In this document: positions 61,384 to 64,000 of the stretch, one piece after another | Layout: each line of letters opens with the position of its first letter | Numbering within the stretch: the stretch's first letter is position 1 | Assembly: GCA_963837915.1 (NCBI GenBank) | Contig: CAWIPZ010000046.1 | Location: forward strand, 469-64,468 | DNA from: an uncultured Acidobacteriaceae bacterium | GTDB taxonomy: Bacteria; Acidobacteriota; Terriglobia; Terriglobales; Acidobacteriaceae | Direction of reading: 5' to 3' | Length of the DNA stretch: 64,000 bases | Position numbers and translations under genes: made by a program | Notes under the pieces: model-generated | Database searches by the model: none | Seen by the model: the letters and a program-made list of their open reading frames with translations, nothing else | What the model was told of the DNA's origin: nothing

Positions 61384-61399
61384 GGTGATGGGGATCACA
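61384..61399. promoter_or_regulatory. CRP-type box GGTGA-TGGGGA-TCACA
   Basis: GTGA-N6-TCAC palindrome about 180 nt upstream of the second crp/fnr gene. Confidence 0.45.
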
Positions 61400-61581
61400 C
61401 ATCAGTGTGGGAAAACACCCATTAAACATTACTCATAGCCGCCCGCGAGGAGCGGTCCTGTTCTTCCAAGGCGAAGTAACCCGTTTAGTTTGTTTTGCTT
61501 GGCGCTTCGCGGGCGAAACGTAACATGTTGGAAGCGATTGGTCCGGGACTTGCCAAAGTAAGCCTGTAAACGGAGGCACTC

Positions 61582-62283
61582 ATGGCGACTCATATCGTAA
61601 ACAGCGCTCAGAAAGTTGCACCAGCAGACAAGACCTTTTGCGATTTTCCCGCTACCGTGGCTGATGCCTTGGAGCAAGAAGCAGTCACAACCACTTACCC
61701 GACGGGAGCAGTTTTGTTCGCGGAAGGGCAAGCCCCACGGGGAATCTTCATCGTGCGGCGAGGCCGCGTGAAGCTCTCCATTTGCGGAAGTGATGGCAGG
61801 ACGCTGATTCTGCGAATGGTCGAGACTGGTTCCCCATTGGGCGTTGCTTCTGTAGTTTCCGGACGCCAATATGAAGCGACTGCTGAAACTCAGGAACCCA
61901 GCGAGATCAGCTTCCTCCGACAATGCGATTTGCTGCGCCTCATGCGGATTCACGGCGAGCTTGCCCTGTGGGTGACCCAGCATATCAGCCAGGATTACGC
62001 CGCTACCTGCCGTGAAATCCGTGACCTGATCCTTTCTGACTCTGCCAGCGAAAAACTTGCCAGACTGCTCGTGGGATGGCTCGACCAAAACACCGAAGCA
62101 AGAAACCCCCGCCAGATGAAGGTAGCTCTCACTCACGAAGAGATCGGGCAAATGATTGGCACTTCGCGAGAGACCGTCAGCCGGCTCTTCGCGGGTTTCA
62201 AGAAGCAGCATCTTATCGAGCAGAGCGGCTCTACGCTGGTAATCCCCAACCGCGTTGCCTTGGAATCCCTTATTACCGCATAG
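61582..62283 (+). CDS. Crp/Fnr-family transcriptional regulator
   Basis: GAVLFAEGQAPRGIFIVRRGRVKL and HTH THEEIGQMIGTSRETVSRLFAGFKK. Lacks the N-terminal Cys cluster of the first paralogue. Confidence 0.85.
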   Translation: MATHIVNSAQKVAPADKTFCDFPATVADALEQEAVTTTYPTGAVLFAEGQAPRGIFIVRRGRVKLSICGSDGRTLILRMVETGSPLGVASVVSGRQYEATAETQEPSEISFLRQCDLLRLMRIHGELALWVTQHISQDYAATCREIRDLILSDSASEKLARLLVGWLDQNTEARNPRQMKVALTHEEIGQMIGTSRETVSRLFAGFKKQHLIEQSGSTLVIPNRVALESLITA

Positions 62284-62346
62284 AGGTATCACGGCGTAGA
62301 GGAAGCTGCTCGATGAGGGCCGATCCCCCACCCGGTTTGATCCCTT

Positions 62347-64000
62347 CTAGGGATTAGTGGGTGGGTTATCGCTTGGATCGGTAGTACCCTGCTCCTCCTC
62401 ACTATTGGCAGGCTCCGTGGCCAACTCGACGAGGTGGGCTCGTTCCAGGGCGCGATAATATTCCGGGCGGGAATGCCGGTAATGATCGGCCGGAACTTTG
62501 CCGTTGAGCCAGGCGGTATCCATCGGGTAAACCAGCGGGTCGAAGATCACCATGTAGAAGTGCCAAATCAGAATGGAGAAGGTCGCGAGCAGTGCCTCAT
62601 AATAATGCACAGCTGTGGCGGCGTCTGACACCCACTTCGGTAAGTGGCGCAGCGTAAAATTGTTGAACCACAGCAGGAGACCGGAGATCGTCATCACCGC
62701 CGTGCCCCACAGGAACGCCCAGTATTCCATCTTCTCCGCGTAGCTGAATTTCGCGAAGCGTGGTTCGCTTTTCGTGAGTCCCAGATTGTATGAGAGCACT
62801 TGCAGCATATCGGTGGCATCTTTGAATTGGGGCAGCATGGCTTTCAGGAACAAGCGGTCACGCCGGACTGCCGCGAGGTGAATCACGTGGTAGACCGTGG
62901 AAGCGATGAGTATAACTGCCGCGGCACGATGCACCGCGCCGCGAAACGCTAAGTGGCCCTCCCAGAGCAATAGCGGACGTGCCCACCATGCTTCGGGATA
63001 CTTCAGCGCGAACCCTGTGAACACCAGTGTCGGAAAGCTGAGAATGACTCCCCAGTGGGCGATGCGAAAGTTTAGATTCATCCGGGCTACTTGTGCTCCG
63101 GCTTCGTGTCGCGGTCGCCGGCGGATCAGCTTCGCCAAAAAGTCGAGCACGTTGTGCACGATCATGAAGCCAAGCGTCAGCGGAATCAGAACCAGGTAAG
63201 TCCAACGGATCCACTTCACCACGGGATGCGCGGGCCCAGTCGAAATCTGCACGTGCACCGGCCCAATAATGAAATGATCACCCGCGCCAACGTGACAGGC
63301 TCCGCACGTTTTTGCAAGGTTTGCTGCATTCACCGTGGAACGCGAGTCTGTCGACCGAAAGATATTGTGCACCCCATGACAGGAGGCACAGTTGGCTACA
63401 CTCTGGGATCCGCCCCGCATGGCAAGGCCGTGGTAGCTGTCGGCGTAGGAGGGAACACGATCAGCGGGCAGATTGTAGCGCAAGGCCAGGCGTTCATCGC
63501 TGTGGCACCGCCCACAGGTGGCGATCGAAACCCGTGCCGCGTTCACCAGTGATCCTTGATCTTTCGGCCCAAGAATCAAGTGCTCGCCGTGGCAATCGCT
63601 GCATACGGGGGCACCCTGTTCGCCGGCTCTCATAGCCTTCCCATGCACACTTTGGAGATACGTCTTGGCAATGTCCGCATGACACTCTCCACAGGTTGCC
63701 GGGATGTTGAAATGGTTGACCTTGGAACGAGTATCATGCGCGGGAAGGATTCCGTGGCTACCATGACAGTCGGAGCAAGTCGCGGCGGCACCGTCTCCGT
63801 CGACCACGGCTCGTCCATGCACGCTTTGGCGATAGAGTTCCACGGGATGGGCGAATGGAATCTTGTGGCGTGAGAGAAACTGCTGATCACTGTGACAGGA
63901 GGCACAAGTGTCAGGCAGGCTCGTCTTGGCAACGGTTGAGGCCGGATCGCTCGAAGTATGAATCTGATGGACGGGCCCATGGCAGGACATGCAGGTCGGC
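62347..64000 (-). CDS. CbcL-like fusion: N-terminal periplasmic multihaem c domain plus C-terminal FdnI/HydC-type membrane cytochrome b domain. The N-terminus runs off the window.
   Basis: Eight CxxCH motifs inside the window (CMSCH, CASCH x2, CSDCH x2, CGECH, CGRCH, CGACH). These are followed by 4-5 TM helices with conserved His (RIAHWGVILSF, HRAAAVILIASTVYHVIH, VHYYEALLATFSILIWH). The ORF is open at nt 64000. Confidence 0.8.
   Translation of the reverse strand, partial: PTCMSCHGPVHQIHTSSDPASTVAKTSLPDTCASCHSDQQFLSRHKIPFAHPVELYRQSVHGRAVVDGDGAAATCSDCHGSHGILPAHDTRSKVNHFNIPATCGECHADIAKTYLQSVHGKAMRAGEQGAPVCSDCHGEHLILGPKDQGSLVNAARVSIATCGRCHSDERLALRYNLPADRVPSYADSYHGLAMRGGSQSVANCASCHGVHNIFRSTDSRSTVNAANLAKTCGACHVGAGDHFIIGPVHVQISTGPAHPVVKWIRWTYLVLIPLTLGFMIVHNVLDFLAKLIRRRPRHEAGAQVARMNLNFRIAHWGVILSFPTLVFTGFALKYPEAWWARPLLLWEGHLAFRGAVHRAAAVILIASTVYHVIHLAAVRRDRLFLKAMLPQFKDATDMLQVLSYNLGLTKSEPRFAKFSYAEKMEYWAFLWGTAVMTISGLLLWFNNFTLRHLPKWVSDAATAVHYYEALLATFSILIWHFYMVIFDPLVYPMDTAWLNGKVPADHYRHSRPEYYRALERAHLVELATEPANSEEEQGTTDPSDNPPTNP

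Noticed and set aside
61429-62331. 300-aa minus-strand ORF overlapping the second Crp/Fnr gene
   Set aside because: The plus-strand product has a complete cNMP-binding fold plus an HTH with family motifs. The minus-strand translation has none.

Overview
64-kb bacterial chromosomal window. The protein sequences look Acidobacteriota-like, but that is only a weak impression. It splits into two parts.

(1) Positions 1 to about 10,990 form an AT-richer accessory (defence/mobile) island. It holds a GIY-YIG nuclease remnant, a heavily frameshifted DUF2779 gene, and a minus-strand type I Zorya-like operon. In that operon zorA and zorB are intact, while zorC and zorD (SNF2 helicase plus Mrr nuclease) are broken by frameshifts. 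The island ends with a 5'-truncated conjugative relaxase fragment and a roughly 90-nt inverted repeat at the junction with core DNA.

(2) The rest is a GC-richer core region devoted to anaerobic and redox metabolism:
- Haem synthesis: hemY, hemC, an AhbD/NirJ-like radical SAM gene, hemA and hemH.
- Fermentative enzymes: a Pat-like ACS-GNAT protein, tandem Usp proteins, two Zn-ADHs, an ALDH, a four-subunit 2-oxoacid:ferredoxin oxidoreductase, and PFOR with a DHOD-like partner.
- Regulators and maturation: two Crp/Fnr regulators, and System II cytochrome c maturation (ccsBA) apparently co-transcribed with a sigma54 two-component pair.
- Iron storage: bacterioferritin.
- A large multihaem-cytochrome / NHL-propeller / PPIase / beta-barrel cluster (44.8-55.3 kb), plus a CbcL-like fused c/b cytochrome at the right edge. 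Together these look like an extracellular or periplasmic electron-transfer conduit.

A CRP-type palindrome (GTGA-N6-TCAC) recurs in at least 13 intergenic positions in front of these operons. No rRNA, tRNA or CRISPR array was seen.
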